From contig CAWEWF010000001.1 in assembly GCA_963812605.1 (NCBI GenBank), positions 128,001 to 192,000 on the forward strand: DNA of 64,000 nt, in the 5' to 3' direction. This DNA comes from an uncultured Verrucomicrobiae bacterium (GTDB lineage Bacteria; Verrucomicrobiota; Verrucomicrobiia; Palsa-1439). The notes beneath the pieces were generated by a model. That model was not told where the DNA came from, searched no databases, and saw nothing but the letters and a program-made list of their open reading frames with translations. The translations under genes were made by a program, and so were the position numbers. Shown here in pieces: positions 50,784-62,247 of the stretch (positions are counted from its first letter, which is position 1; each line of letters starts with the position of its first letter).

Positions 50784-50812
50784 TTAGTCGGGCTGAGAAA
50801 GAAAACCTTACA
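50784..50812 (-). promoter_or_regulatory. ECF-type promoter copy E
   Basis: TGTAAGGT-N13-CCGACTAA upstream of the msrP operon. Confidence 0.78.
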
Positions 50813-50919
50813 TACTTGTTCTGTGACAGACAGGTGCAAGGAATGCGCTGCTTCGACGACCCAACCGAAAAACTGTCTGGCAGCGTGCAATCGCCGCGCT
50901 ACGTTCCCTGGCCGTCACG

Positions 50920-51076
50920 AGCGGTTGAAGGTGGCAAGCGATGCTTGACACTCGCCTCGCTCCGCTATCTCGACACCGTCGTGAAAATAGAGGGCGTTTG
51001 GCTATTTGCGGAGCGCCTGCTCTACGTCGCTTGGTTGGAGGAGCGAGCATTGGTAAAATGGCAAAGCGCGGTCTAG
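50920..51076 (+). pseudogene. C-terminal fragment of a SnoaL/NTF2-like protein
   Basis: LASLRYLDTVVKIEGVWLFAERLLYV without a credible N-terminus. Confidence 0.5.
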
Positions 51077-51266
51077 CCCTTCGACAATTACTCGGTATGA
51101 TAACCGACATAGGAGAACTATCATGACCACACCCACGATCCATCGCGAAGCCAGTTGTGGAGGTGACTCGTCCGGAGCCAAGCCGGTGCATGGTTTCTTG
51201 TAGATTCGAGTTCTAACAAGCGAGTCAATCCGGCTTGATGCTCTGACATTCATCGCGCACAGGAAT

Positions 51267-51290
51267 GCTTATCACCCGCACCTGTCACCC
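51267..51290 (+). repeat. Candidate arm-type site pair, island 2 right end
   Basis: GCTTATCACCCGCACCTGTCACCC; matches 37044-37067 at 22/24. Confidence 0.75.
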
Positions 51291-51427
51291 TTTGGAGAAA
51301 TCTCTGACGATTTCTGATGATCGGTGACAAAAACCCTGCGAACGGCATCGACCGCTATGCCTTATGTTGCAACGCATGGATGACCACTGGTGAAGTCTGA
51401 TTATAGCGGTGAAATTTTTTCCTTGCT

Positions 51428-51466
<39 letters not shown>

Positions 51467-51689
51467 CCACTTATATTTTGCTGGCATGAACAACCATTGC
51501 GCTTGCTGTATTTTATGTCCGCACTGGTTTATTGCAATGGCTGGGGTGTTTTTCACCATGAAAGTCACCCCAACGACCCACAAACATCGAAACTCGTCCA
51601 TTGTTGGCGACTGTCTCGATCGTTCAAACCGCACCGACTTTTACCGTGCGATTTTCCAACGCGACGGCAAGCAAGCCAAGCGCAGCCTC
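51467..51689 (+). pseudogene. Left-end relic of a third, island-1-like element with integrase fragment (ATG 51558)
   Basis: 223 bp colinear with 9498-9720; MKVTPTTHKH...VGDCLDRSNRTDFYRAIFQRDGKQAKRSL; ends at the stop codon of the next gene. Confidence 0.88.
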
Positions 51690-53266
51690 TACTCCTCAGC
51701 TGCGGCGCGCGCCAGTCGTGCTCCGATGGCCCCGTGGAGGACGCCCGTCACCACCAGTGTTCCCGCCAAAATAAAAAGCATCTCCACATCCTGCCCTCCC
51801 GGGCTCCGCATGAAAATCAATGAAATGGGCATGACCAGAAAGACCCCGCCCACGTACTGAATCGCCACCGCCAGCGGCAATGCGCCCCGTTTCATTACCA
51901 AAGACAGATACGCTGTCAGATGTAGGAACAAGATGTATTGGCTGACAGAAATGGCGAGAAACATGAGCCCTTCCGGATGGCTCGCCATCCCATCAAGAAA
52001 CTGGGAAAACTCTTTCGGTATCAGCGTGAGGCCAGCCAAACAATACAGCAGGTAGGGCGTGACCCCGGGAACGGAAGCGAAAACCTTCCGGTAAGCGATC
52101 TCTCTCACGGAAAATGGCAGCAGCACGAGCGATGAGAGCGTTTTCCACCGCACTTCGCTCTTGAAAACGCGCGACGCGTCAAGGGCCAGGCTGATGGCCG
52201 TGACTGCCAGTGATGATATCACCAGGAAGCCACCCAAAACTTCTTTCGGCGAACCTGCCTGACGCAACCAAAATCCCTTGGCGAAACAAGCGGCGGCCGC
52301 GCCGAATATCAGGAACTTCAAGGCCAACCCCCGAACGCCGCCGCCAACGAATCGAAATTCCCTCCACGCCACGGCTCCCAGGTCGTGGACCCCCTCCGGC
52401 ACACGAGCACTTCGCCTCCTGCGAAGCATTACGATTCCACGCGCAGGAGCATCCTCATGCTGGTTCCGTGTGCAGGGCTCGAATGCAACCCAAGCCAGCA
52501 GGAAGAAACCGATGCCAATCACGACATTGCTGATCACCTGAAAGCCAACGGGACCCTCGGCGAAGCCGGTTCGCAAAATCGCCGATAGCCGTGACCACGC
52601 GGACACACCGGTCGTGAACTCAAGGGACCGAATGAACACCGCGCGCCAGCCGCTGGTTGCCACGAACACGCCGGCGGCTATCGCGTCCCTGAACGCGCTC
52701 AGAATCGCCGACGGCAAGACAAATAGAATCCACACCGTCACCCCCGTCATGAGGGCGGCGACTGCGGTTCGTCGAAATACGACCGAATTGAACAAGGCAA
52801 TGTTGCAGAGCAGGAACACGTAGGCCAGCAACGTGCAATACCCGGCGGCGATCTGCCGGATGCTCACCCCGCCCAAGGTGACCGCGAGCAGTGTGAATGG
52901 CACTTGCGCCAGCAATAACATGCCCGCGCCCACCAGGCGGCTCGTGGATTTTCCCAGCAGAATTGACAAGGCGTTGAGGTCGGTCATTCGCAGCAACCCC
53001 AACATCATCTCCTCTTTCTCTTCCGTGATGGCCGACGCGAAGTAACTCAGCCCCGCCAGTGAAATGAACACAACATTGATCCACAGCACTCCCTGGAACA
53101 ATTGCAATCCTGGCGCGCTGGAGAAGCCGTAGCGTGATGTTTGCTCGACCTCAAACAATGAGATCAATAGGATGGCCAACAATGCCGCGCGCGTCCCGAA
53201 AACCGACGGCGTGCGCGCATCGACGCGCAGGGAACGCTCGAACAATGCCAGCAGCGGAATCCTCAT
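51689..53266 (-). CDS. ABC-2 type transporter permease
   Basis: Multi-TM; AITEEKEEMMLGLLRMTDL...ILLGK motif. Confidence 0.8.
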   Translation of the reverse strand: MRIPLLALFERSLRVDARTPSVFGTRAALLAILLISLFEVEQTSRYGFSSAPGLQLFQGVLWINVVFISLAGLSYFASAITEEKEEMMLGLLRMTDLNALSILLGKSTSRLVGAGMLLLAQVPFTLLAVTLGGVSIRQIAAGYCTLLAYVFLLCNIALFNSVVFRRTAVAALMTGVTVWILFVLPSAILSAFRDAIAAGVFVATSGWRAVFIRSLEFTTGVSAWSRLSAILRTGFAEGPVGFQVISNVVIGIGFFLLAWVAFEPCTRNQHEDAPARGIVMLRRRRSARVPEGVHDLGAVAWREFRFVGGGVRGLALKFLIFGAAAACFAKGFWLRQAGSPKEVLGGFLVISSLAVTAISLALDASRVFKSEVRWKTLSSLVLLPFSVREIAYRKVFASVPGVTPYLLYCLAGLTLIPKEFSQFLDGMASHPEGLMFLAISVSQYILFLHLTAYLSLVMKRGALPLAVAIQYVGGVFLVMPISLIFMRSPGGQDVEMLFILAGTLVVTGVLHGAIGARLARAAAEE

Positions 53267-54222
53267 GACCCAAGGACCGGGGGCACCCCCGGCTCCGTCA
53301 AATCCAGGAACGCTTGATTCAGATGCCGCACGTCCTCCTGGAAGGACACTACCTGGCCGCCGGTCTCCAGCACCATCCGCAAGACTGCATTCGGATCCGT
53401 CTGTTTCCGCTGAAAACTGACGCGATACCGGGGCTCGCCCTCCGTCCTGGTCACGCTGGTCACCCCCGCCATTTGACGCAGTGACTGTTCCGTAAGTGTC
53501 TGTTCAACCGCCAGCACGAGTAGGTAATCCGCTTCCTGGCCACTGCGCTGTTCCAACCCGCTCATCGGACCGCTGTATTTCACCAGGCCCCGGTCGAGAA
53601 CCGTCACGCTATCGCAAAGCAGTGCCAGTTCGCTAAGAATGTGCGAGCTGATAAAGATCGTCTTCCCCATGCGCCTCAACTCCCGCAGGATCTCCATCAA
53701 TTCTATGCGCGCCCGCGGATCCAATCCGCTGGCGGGTTCGTCGAGGAGCAACAATTCCGGATCGTGGACCAACACCCGCGCCAGGCTCACTCGCTGTTGC
53801 ATCCCGCGGGAAAGGCCCTTGATAAAATCGTTCCGCCGCCCGTCCATGTCCGTCAACGTCAGCACATCCTGGATGATTTTCACGCGTGCCGGGGCGAGTT
53901 GCCCGTACGCCGCCGCAAAGAAGTCGAGGTACTCCTGCACGGTCATCTGGCGGTACATGCTGAAATGGTCGGGCATGAACCCAATGCGCCGCCGCAATTG
54001 TTTGAAGTTGGCGACGATGTCCTTGCCAAACACCCGCACCTGACCGTGTTGCGGTCGCAGCAACGTCGCCAGAATCTTGAGCGTGGTCGTTTTGCCCGCG
54101 CCGTTCGGCCCCACGAACCCGTGAATGGAGCCGTTGTTGACCTCGAATGTCACGCCCTGGAGCGCCTGCTGGCGCTTGTAAGAATGGCGCAGATCAATAA
54201 TCTCGATCACCGGGTCGCTCAT
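53263..54222 (-). CDS. ABC transporter ATP-binding protein
   Basis: GPNGAGKT, LSRGMQQR, LLLDEP, SSH. Confidence 0.95.
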   Translation of the reverse strand: MSDPVIEIIDLRHSYKRQQALQGVTFEVNNGSIHGFVGPNGAGKTTTLKILATLLRPQHGQVRVFGKDIVANFKQLRRRIGFMPDHFSMYRQMTVQEYLDFFAAAYGQLAPARVKIIQDVLTLTDMDGRRNDFIKGLSRGMQQRVSLARVLVHDPELLLLDEPASGLDPRARIELMEILRELRRMGKTIFISSHILSELALLCDSVTVLDRGLVKYSGPMSGLEQRSGQEADYLLVLAVEQTLTEQSLRQMAGVTSVTRTEGEPRYRVSFQRKQTDPNAVLRMVLETGGQVVSFQEDVRHLNQAFLDLTEPGVPPVLGS

Positions 54223-55991
54223 AATTTCCCTTTCTCGCCCGACGGCCTCACACAATCACGATGGTAGAGGACATATCCCACCTCGCGTCCAAAATCCTTG
54301 GCGGCGACGTTGAAACTGCTCGGGCTGCGCGCGAAAATGAAGAGTTGCATTCGGTCATCGTCGGGCGTGTGACCGGTCACCTGGTAGCGAAAGCCATCCA
54401 CTCCGCCGAGGCTCCACCCCATTAGCAGCTCGACAAATCCGGAGAAGGTGGTTTCGACATCCACGGTTCCATCCCCGTTCTCGGGGCGGCGCGCGGTGTA
54501 CGCGTACGGATTCGGTGTTGTTGTCTGGAGAAGTCTGGTTGAAGACAGGAACTGACTCAAGGGTTTGCCCGATTCTGACACCAGCACTCCATCCGTCAGC
54601 CGCATCGGATAAATAGTGTCGCGATACAACGCCCAGATTTTCAGTGGCTGCGGTGGAAAATGCGGGCCGACAGCCAGGGCGAACTCCTGATTGCGCTCTG
54701 TCGGCCACGCCATCACCTGGACCCATGTGTCATCCCCCGTCATCCGCGCCTGGTGTAGAAAAGCCCGCTGGGAATACAACGGGATATCCACGACGAATTC
54801 GCCATCCTTGCCGCTGCGGATCACGCCGTTGACAGGTTCATAATCATTGGCCGTCGCGTAGAGATTGTGTGGCGCGGCGTGACGGATGGTGTAGAAATCT
54901 CCACGCGAGACGAAGACGTTTATCCATTGCGTCACCTCATAGGTCGTGTCACCCACGGCCCGCGCGTACGACAGCGAATGCACCGCGCTGGCCTCACCCT
55001 GGCCGCGGCGGCCAAGATAGTGAAACAACAGTCCAAACCACGCCACCGCCAGCAACATCACGGCCATCACCCATCGGTAATCCTGCACCCGTTTGCCGAA
55101 AAGATAATTCCCGGGGCCAACCACCAGGATGTAGATGATGGTCAGAAGATAAATCAGCCCCCAACTGTGGCGGGGCCGTGTCAACCCCGCCAGTGCGCGA
55201 AGGATGGTTTCCGGCAATTGGTAGACAACGGTCGAGCCTTGACCGGTCTTAAGCGCGAGCGGGGGAAATCCGCTGGCAGCAAGCATGGATTCGGTGGCCT
55301 CGCGCCGCGTCACCGCATGGCGCACAACCCACCCAGCTCCCATTCGCATCCGATCAACTGAGGAATTCAACAGGGACATGTCGTCGTTGAAATCGGGGTA
55401 TTTGCCGTTGGCTCCCAACAGAAGGTGCACGGTGCCGCCGCGATGTACCCAATCCAGGAACGCCTCTCGCTTCACGGATTCCCAACGCGGAGCATGGTCA
55501 AGAACCACACTATCCAACCCATCCGCGGCGGCCACCGAGATCGGAAAGAGCTGGTCGGGAAATAATCGGAGCGCGCCACGCGCTGCAATGGCGTCGTCAG
55601 GATCGAACAAGAGCACACGGGCGGGCGGACCCTGCTTCGGCGTTTCGACGCTCATTTGTTCGTCGAGGTGCTTGCCCCACGCCAGCCGCCAGCCGCTCTC
55701 CATGCCAATGTACGGATAAAACTGGATCCACCGCTCCGTAAACGGCGCCACGTAACAGGGTTGCTCGTAGGCTGCCCCGACGGCATCGGCCAGTCCCTGG
55801 TTCTTCAGTAACGTCACCACTCCATCAAAGGGTTCAGTCGAGTCGTTCGCGACCAGGACCGACAACAGGTTGAACCGCTCCGGGACGACCATGCCATCGA
55901 ACCCCCAGCGGACCTCGCGCACCCCCAGCGCCAAAGCCACCTGCGCGACCAGTGTCAGCCCCAACAGTTGGAAAATAATTGCGCGCCTCAT
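54219..55991 (-). CDS. Hypothetical membrane protein of the MoxR/ABC cluster
   Basis: Signal peptide, large soluble domain, TM pair with YILVVGPGNY. Confidence 0.75.
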   Translation of the reverse strand: MRRAIIFQLLGLTLVAQVALALGVREVRWGFDGMVVPERFNLLSVLVANDSTEPFDGVVTLLKNQGLADAVGAAYEQPCYVAPFTERWIQFYPYIGMESGWRLAWGKHLDEQMSVETPKQGPPARVLLFDPDDAIAARGALRLFPDQLFPISVAAADGLDSVVLDHAPRWESVKREAFLDWVHRGGTVHLLLGANGKYPDFNDDMSLLNSSVDRMRMGAGWVVRHAVTRREATESMLAASGFPPLALKTGQGSTVVYQLPETILRALAGLTRPRHSWGLIYLLTIIYILVVGPGNYLFGKRVQDYRWVMAVMLLAVAWFGLLFHYLGRRGQGEASAVHSLSYARAVGDTTYEVTQWINVFVSRGDFYTIRHAAPHNLYATANDYEPVNGVIRSGKDGEFVVDIPLYSQRAFLHQARMTGDDTWVQVMAWPTERNQEFALAVGPHFPPQPLKIWALYRDTIYPMRLTDGVLVSESGKPLSQFLSSTRLLQTTTPNPYAYTARRPENGDGTVDVETTFSGFVELLMGWSLGGVDGFRYQVTGHTPDDDRMQLFIFARSPSSFNVAAKDFGREVGYVLYHRDCVRPSGEKGKL

Positions 55992-57703
55992 CCTTGCTCG
56001 CCCCGCAGATACCGATCGGCCCGAGTTAAACACAGCCGCCGGACATAATACAGGATGGTCCCGTAAAAACAAAAGTTAACCCCGACCAAAACCCACTTGT
56101 CCATCTCCCCAAATGAAAGCCAGTCGTTCCATTCGATCGAGAGGATGATCCCGGCCGGGCTCAACAGACATCCGACGACGGGGCCGGCCAGGTAGCCAAG
56201 ACCGAAAACCTCGTTCGCCTCCAGAACGATCAGCAGAATCAGCGGCAAGGCGCACCATCCGACAAATACCGCGACCGCCGTCATAGTCGCTCGAAATCGC
56301 GTCCGCGTCCGCAGGCCGATCCACACACTGACCCAAATGATTAGCGGCAGGTACACCAGCAGCGACAACACCGACGCAACCGCAAACAGCCAGCGACCAC
56401 TCGCGGTATCAAAACGCCACCACACCTCCATGGCAAATATCGTCAGGAACACCACGGCCAGGGCCTGCGTCAGACGCCGTAATGCCTTTGTCTTTTGGCG
56501 AACGATGTCTCGCCCGGTCATCGGCGTGGTCAGCAACACCTCCAGCGTCTGTGAGCTACGCTCCGTGCTGATCGCGTTGGCGCCCTGAACGGACAAAACC
56601 AACGTGGTCAGCGTCCATAGACCGAAAACAAGCAGGGCGGCACTTCCGTTTCCCCCGCCGCGCGAGCTGTCAGAGATCACCAGAAATCCAAGAAACGACG
56701 TTGGGACCAGCACCAGCACAAATACTCGAAATATGTAATGCGGTTTGCCGAGGGATTTCTTTGTCGTTTCCCGCCAGGCCACGGGTTCCATATCCGGCAA
56801 CGTCACCTTGTCTTTGATCAGCACGATGTTTCCAAAGTGTTTGTTGAGTCCGGTCATGAATCGGTCCAGTCGTTTGAACCATTCCAGCAACCGGTTACGC
56901 GGCCGGACGAATGCCCGCCGGGTCAGGAACGCCCGGGCCAGAAGCAGGAACAGAATGGTGGACAGCCAGACGGGAAAGGCAAACGTCGGATTCCGATTGG
57001 TGAAAAAAATCCATGGCGGAGAAAAGGAGAATGTCGCTTCATCAGGCCCCGCTAACCGATAGCCATAGTACCCATACCCCATACCCATGTACCACAGGGA
57101 CAACCAGCCCATCGGCCGAAAAAGGTAAAAGACCGCGCCGGACACATACGTTATCAAAACCGCGGCGACGGTTGTGCGGCAGAACGCCGACCACATGAGC
57201 GCGAACGCCCCGACTTGCAGACACGTCAGGAACAACAGGTAGATACCCGACAATAAATGGGCGGTGGACACGCCGCCCAATGCGTACGCCACGCCCATCA
57301 ACGGCAACGACAGCAGCAGGAATGTGAACATTGGCACCAGGCGCCCCAGGTACTTCTGCAAGAGGATGGCCCACGGCCCCATCTCCGTCAGAAACAACAA
57401 CGCCAGCGATTCACGTTCCTTCTCCGCGGTGATGACACCCGACATCATCGCCGGCAGGAAAAGATAGATGCCCAAAAATTGCAGGATCATCAAATACTCA
57501 AACATCATCCGCCCGCGCCCGAGCATGGCGGCCCAGCTTCCGGGCCCGGAATAGGAAGCATTCGTCGCCGCGTAGAACAGCCCAAATCCGACAAACAAAA
57601 GAGTGGCGTATGTCGCTCGCACCGCGTAGGTGCGCTTGCGTGCGGCCTGCTCGACCAACTCCTTGCCCAGCAGCGGCAGCCCGAATGTTTGTCCAAACTT
57701 CAC
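55988..57703 (-). CDS. ABC-2 type transporter permease
   Basis: Duplicated ITAEKERESLALL / ISTERSSQTLEVLL motifs, multi-TM. Confidence 0.82.
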   Translation of the reverse strand: MKFGQTFGLPLLGKELVEQAARKRTYAVRATYATLLFVGFGLFYAATNASYSGPGSWAAMLGRGRMMFEYLMILQFLGIYLFLPAMMSGVITAEKERESLALLFLTEMGPWAILLQKYLGRLVPMFTFLLLSLPLMGVAYALGGVSTAHLLSGIYLLFLTCLQVGAFALMWSAFCRTTVAAVLITYVSGAVFYLFRPMGWLSLWYMGMGYGYYGYRLAGPDEATFSFSPPWIFFTNRNPTFAFPVWLSTILFLLLARAFLTRRAFVRPRNRLLEWFKRLDRFMTGLNKHFGNIVLIKDKVTLPDMEPVAWRETTKKSLGKPHYIFRVFVLVLVPTSFLGFLVISDSSRGGGNGSAALLVFGLWTLTTLVLSVQGANAISTERSSQTLEVLLTTPMTGRDIVRQKTKALRRLTQALAVVFLTIFAMEVWWRFDTASGRWLFAVASVLSLLVYLPLIIWVSVWIGLRTRTRFRATMTAVAVFVGWCALPLILLIVLEANEVFGLGYLAGPVVGCLLSPAGIILSIEWNDWLSFGEMDKWVLVGVNFCFYGTILYYVRRLCLTRADRYLRGEQG

Positions 57704-58644
57704 GCCACTTTACCCCGGGTCAACTTCATGAACGCTGTTTCCATGTCCATCGCCTCGGGTTGGAACATCTGGATCCGCGCGCCCAGCGCATGAATTCGTT
57801 CCAATAGCTCCTCCACCGCCAATTCGTCCTCGCGAATGCGAATCGCAATGCGGTCGGTATCCAGTTCCACAGCCGCCACCCCGGGGATGGCCTGGATGCC
57901 CGCGACAAGGCTGTCCGATCGGTTGGCCAATTGCACGTGCACCAGCCGCTGCAATCCCAGCGCGCGGTAAATCTCCTTCACGTCCCCCTCGGCGACGAGT
58001 TGACCCGCCTCGATGATCCCAATGCGTGTGCAAAACTGCGATAGCTCGTGCAGAATGTGGCTCGAGATCAGGATCGTCTTGCCCATGGCTTTGAGTTCCT
58101 TCAACAGTTCCCGCAGCTCGATCCGCGCCCGCGGGTCCAGTCCGCTGGCCGGCTCATCGAGCAGCAGCAACGCCGGATCGTGCAAAAGCACGCGCGCAAT
58201 CCCCAGCCGTTGCTTCATCCCGCGCGACAACGCGTCCACCGGCGCATCCGCCTTCTCCGTGAGATCCGTCAGCGTCAACACATCCGCGACGACAGCCTTG
58301 CGTTTGGCGCGCTCGATCCGATACGCCGCCGCAAAAAAATGCAGGTACTCTGTCACCGTCAGGTCCTCGTACACCCCAAATGAATCCGGCATGTAACCGA
58401 CCACTTGCCGCACACGGTATGGCTCGCGGACAACGTCAAACCCGTGCACCAGGACGGTGCCCGACGTCGGTTTCACCAACGTCGCCAGCACCTTGATCGT
58501 CGAGGTCTTGCCCGCGCCGTTCGGGCCGATGAAACCGAACACCTCCCCGCGAGGGATGCGCAGGGACAAATCGCGGACCGCTGGCTGCTTGCCGTAAAAC
58601 ACGAATAAATTGCTGATGTCGACGACCAGATCATCCTTCGACAT
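57700..58644 (-). CDS. ABC transporter ATP-binding protein
   Basis: GPNGAGKT, LSRGMKQR, LLLDEP, SSH; paralogue of 53263-54222. Confidence 0.95.
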   Translation of the reverse strand: MSKDDLVVDISNLFVFYGKQPAVRDLSLRIPRGEVFGFIGPNGAGKTSTIKVLATLVKPTSGTVLVHGFDVVREPYRVRQVVGYMPDSFGVYEDLTVTEYLHFFAAAYRIERAKRKAVVADVLTLTDLTEKADAPVDALSRGMKQRLGIARVLLHDPALLLLDEPASGLDPRARIELRELLKELKAMGKTILISSHILHELSQFCTRIGIIEAGQLVAEGDVKEIYRALGLQRLVHVQLANRSDSLVAGIQAIPGVAAVELDTDRIAIRIREDELAVEELLERIHALGARIQMFQPEAMDMETAFMKLTRGKVA

Positions 58645-60555
58645 GGTAAACCCTCCGATACACGAGAATATCGTCGCCAGCCTGGGTCACGACCACAACC
58701 ATCCACTGGCCCGGATCGGATTCGTCCAGCACCGCCAGGTCCTCGAAGTTCCCGCCGCCCGATGGCGAGATTTGCGCCACGAGCGAGAACAACCCGTTCG
58801 AGCCGCCCGTGCACGACGCGGAAATCAATGACGGGGGCAGCAACTGGACACGCCGTTCCACATACACCACGTTCGTTCCGTGAAGGAGGAACACGTCGCC
58901 CGGAGGCTGGCGGGTTCCGAAGAGCGTGGCGCTCAATCGGTGTTCGGTGTCTGAGGATTGCAAGATGGCGAGATCGATTGCATCCCAATTGGCCATGATG
59001 GAAGTCGGTGACGGATCCAATGAAAGAATCCGGTTCAATTGCGGTTGCCACTGGTGAATCGCTTGATTCACCTGAAAACGTCCGGGGATTGCGCCCTCGC
59101 ACAAGGGTGGCGTGCTTTCCGGTTCCATCTGTCCCGGCCAGCCAAAGTGCGAGTATCCAACCTCTCTCAAATGGCCGCGTGCGAGAATAGTATGTTCCAA
59201 GGGCGCCCACAACCCGTCTTGCACGTCCATCGTTACGGACTCGTTGTGCCCGGCAAAGAGCAACTCATACCGGTCTTGCCGCAGCACGACGCCACCTTCG
59301 CCAATGTCCACAAAGACGAGGGCCCGACGGTGATCGCCGTGACCGAGGTAGCGATTGGCCATCCGCACCGTCGCGACGGTAAACGCCACTGTTATCGCGG
59401 GAAAAAGGATCCACGTATATCGGCGCCGCCGTAGCCACCCCAGGACGGCGTAGTCCACAGGCCCGATCATCAATACGAATAGCGTGAGCGTCCCCGCCAA
59501 CGCACGCAGCGGGATGAATCGTGTCTCGTGGGGAAGTAGTCCCTCTCGCAAATCGCCACCGGCAAACCGCCCGGCTTCCGTTTGATGATCGTCAAACGAG
59601 TACTGTGCATAGCCCCGGCGATTCATTTCCAGCGCTTCTTTGTAGGTGAGATTCGTATGAACTTCTTCCGCCGGTTGGACCCGCATTTTCCACAGAAAAT
59701 CCACCGCGTCCGACCAGGCCGGCGAGTTCAAATTGGTCTCGGCATTCAGGCGATTATCGATCAGCACGCAGCGGCCCAGACCGGCGTGAATTCTTCGGAT
59801 TCCGTCAACCGCCGGCCCTTCCCCAAGTGCGCTCAAAAACTCTCGCGGCTGCGGTTTCGGACCGTTTTCGGTGAAGAGACACAAACTTCCCCGGCTCTTA
59901 CCCAATGCAGCAGCGCCTGCCATTGTCGCTCACGCAAATCGGCAAACCCGCTCGCCGTAAGCACGATCAGGTCGTACGCGCAATAGGACAGCGGCTGCGC
60001 GGCCATCTCGTCCGGGGCCAGTCGGGCCACGGATACATTCACGGCTTGGGGATTGGACTCCGCGCCCAAGGTTTGAAAACGGGACGGACGAAGGCGCTGT
60101 TGAATCCGGAGCATTTGCGCGTCGGACGAGCCGGCTGAATCGCAAATGCCCATCACCATCGAGCGTTCACCGGGGCCGGAGACAAACAGGGTCGCCGTGC
60201 CAAGATCGAATCGGGACTTCGATGATGCAAATCGCATGACCACGTCCACTTGCGAGTCATACGTTGTCGGAAGCGGCGGCAGCAGCAACCCGAACCGCTG
60301 TTCGCCGCCGGTCAGCGCGATTTCCACGCTGTGGTAGCGGTTCAATAATTGGTTGTCATTCCAGAATTCCAATTCCAGCCGGCCCTCCAACAGGCCGGCA
60401 CCCGACCAGCGAAACGTGACTTCCACAGGCAGTGGCGCATGGCTCCGTCCGCGGGCTGCTGTGGGAACGAGTTGTGCCTGCAAGCGCTCGGCCGCGAGGC
60501 CGTTCCCCGGCCACCACAGCAAGGCCAGCGCGATGGCAATGGCGGTGCGTCTCAT
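58631..60555 (-). CDS. Hypothetical membrane protein, frameshift near 59870
   Basis: Two ORFs join at ALLHWVRAG/GSLCLF; FVLMIGPVDY TM motif resembles 54219-55991. Confidence 0.7.
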
Positions 60556-60562
60556 GATTGCC

Positions 60563-62247
60563 TCAAACCTGGACACCGTGTTTTCTCTGGAAATACCACC
60601 ACTCGACCAGCAACACCATCAAGGCGGTGAACGTCAACTGGCTCCATAACGCGCGGTCCGTCTTCACTTTCGTCGTTTCCGCCTTCACGCTCAACTGCTC
60701 GTTGAACTGGATTTTGTCGACGCGCGCCAGCGATGTCTCACTCGGCGATAACACGCCACCTGTGCCATGAGCCTCGGCCAGTCCCGCCTGCTCCATCGCG
60801 GCTTGCGCTACGTTTGCCACAAACACGGGGAAACCGACACGATACGGCAACGTCGAATGATCCGTATGAAACAATAAACCCACCGTCAGCCCGTCATCCG
60901 TGCGCCGTTCCACCATCAGCGGACCATGTTGCCCGTGCACCAGCACCTCATATCCAAGTTTTTCAGCATCGGCTTCGCCGGTCTCGCCGCGCCAGTGCGG
61001 ATCTTCCAAAATCACCAAATCGTTCATCTGTACATGCTGGAGCAACACCGACTCCCGTTGCCAATCCACTACCTGGGTTCCGTTTGTTTCCACGCGTATG
61101 AGTTCCGCAAGTTCCGTCGGCACCCGCCCCACCCAGAGCCGTGTGCGGGCTCCCACCGCTTCGTCATTGGGCTGATCACTCACGGCCAGGTCAACGGCAC
61201 TCGCGCTGTCATCCGTCACGATCACACTGCTCATTCCCGCCAACACCCGGCGGTAGCTTCCCAGTGTCTTCGCCACATAAACCCGCAACGGCCGCGCCGC
61301 GGGCAACTCCAGGCTGGCCACGTTGTCGGCAGCGAGCGAATCGAACCCGTCCGGGCGCACGTTTACCTGCAACTTCACCGCCTTGTCGCCCGGGAACGGA
61401 AACACCATCCGCTCCGCGTGTCCCTTCACCAGCGTCACCCGTTCGCTGCCGACCACCGCGCCCTCCTGCGTCACCTCGACCGTCATGGCGCCGTCCGCCT
61501 CCGCGCTGCCTTCGATCTGGACGAACACGTCCCAGCCGCCGTTCACGGCCCGCCGCGCGCTCAAGGCCGTCAGTCCAACGTTCGGCCCAGCGGGGGAAGT
61601 TGCTGGTAATTCAGCTTGAAAGGCAGATCAAAGTTCACCCGCGGAGGGAAATTCCCATCGGACACCAGCAACACTTCATCGAAGGCCGTGGTCCGCGCCA
61701 GCGCCTGCGCCAGGCGCAGGGCCTCTTCGCAATCACTGGACACGTTTTCCACCTGGATGCTCTCCAGGGCGTCGCGGAGTTCGCGTTTGTCGTTGGTAAA
61801 CCCGGTGAGCTTCCGCGCCGTTTTGCCAAAGGAAATGAAGCACAGTTCCTGGTCGCCTGCCAATCCGTCGATCAGTTCTCGCACCCGGCGCTTCGCCTCT
61901 TGCAGTCGGGTAATGCCGCCTTCCTTGTCGAGCGCGCCCATGCTGGCGGAACAGTCGATCAGCACCGGCAGACGCCGCACCAAACCCTCGCGGCCGCGCC
62001 AGTAAGGTTGCATCGCGGCCAACACCAGCAAGGCGAGAATCAGGAGTTGCAACCACAGCAGCAAATTGCGTTTGAACTTTTGAAACGGTGAATTGACGCG
62101 ATTGTCCTGGAGCACCTGCCGCCATAATGTCAGGGACGGGACCTCGAGGCGCGGCCGTTTCAACTTCAGGAAATAGAATAACACCAGCGGCGCGGCCAGG
62201 GCCGCCAGCCAGCCGTAGCTCAGTGCGTTGAAACCGCCCCAGTTCAT
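60563..62247 (-). CDS. BatA/vWA domain protein, frameshift near 61580
   Basis: BatA-like LFYFLKLKR...PSLTLW; MIDAS DCSASM, VSDG; C-terminal LLVEWW. Confidence 0.85.

Noticed and set aside
51365-51374. TGTTGCAACG as an island 1-type arm site near att copy 3
   Set aside because: A single imperfect copy without the 13-bp tandem partner; could be chance.
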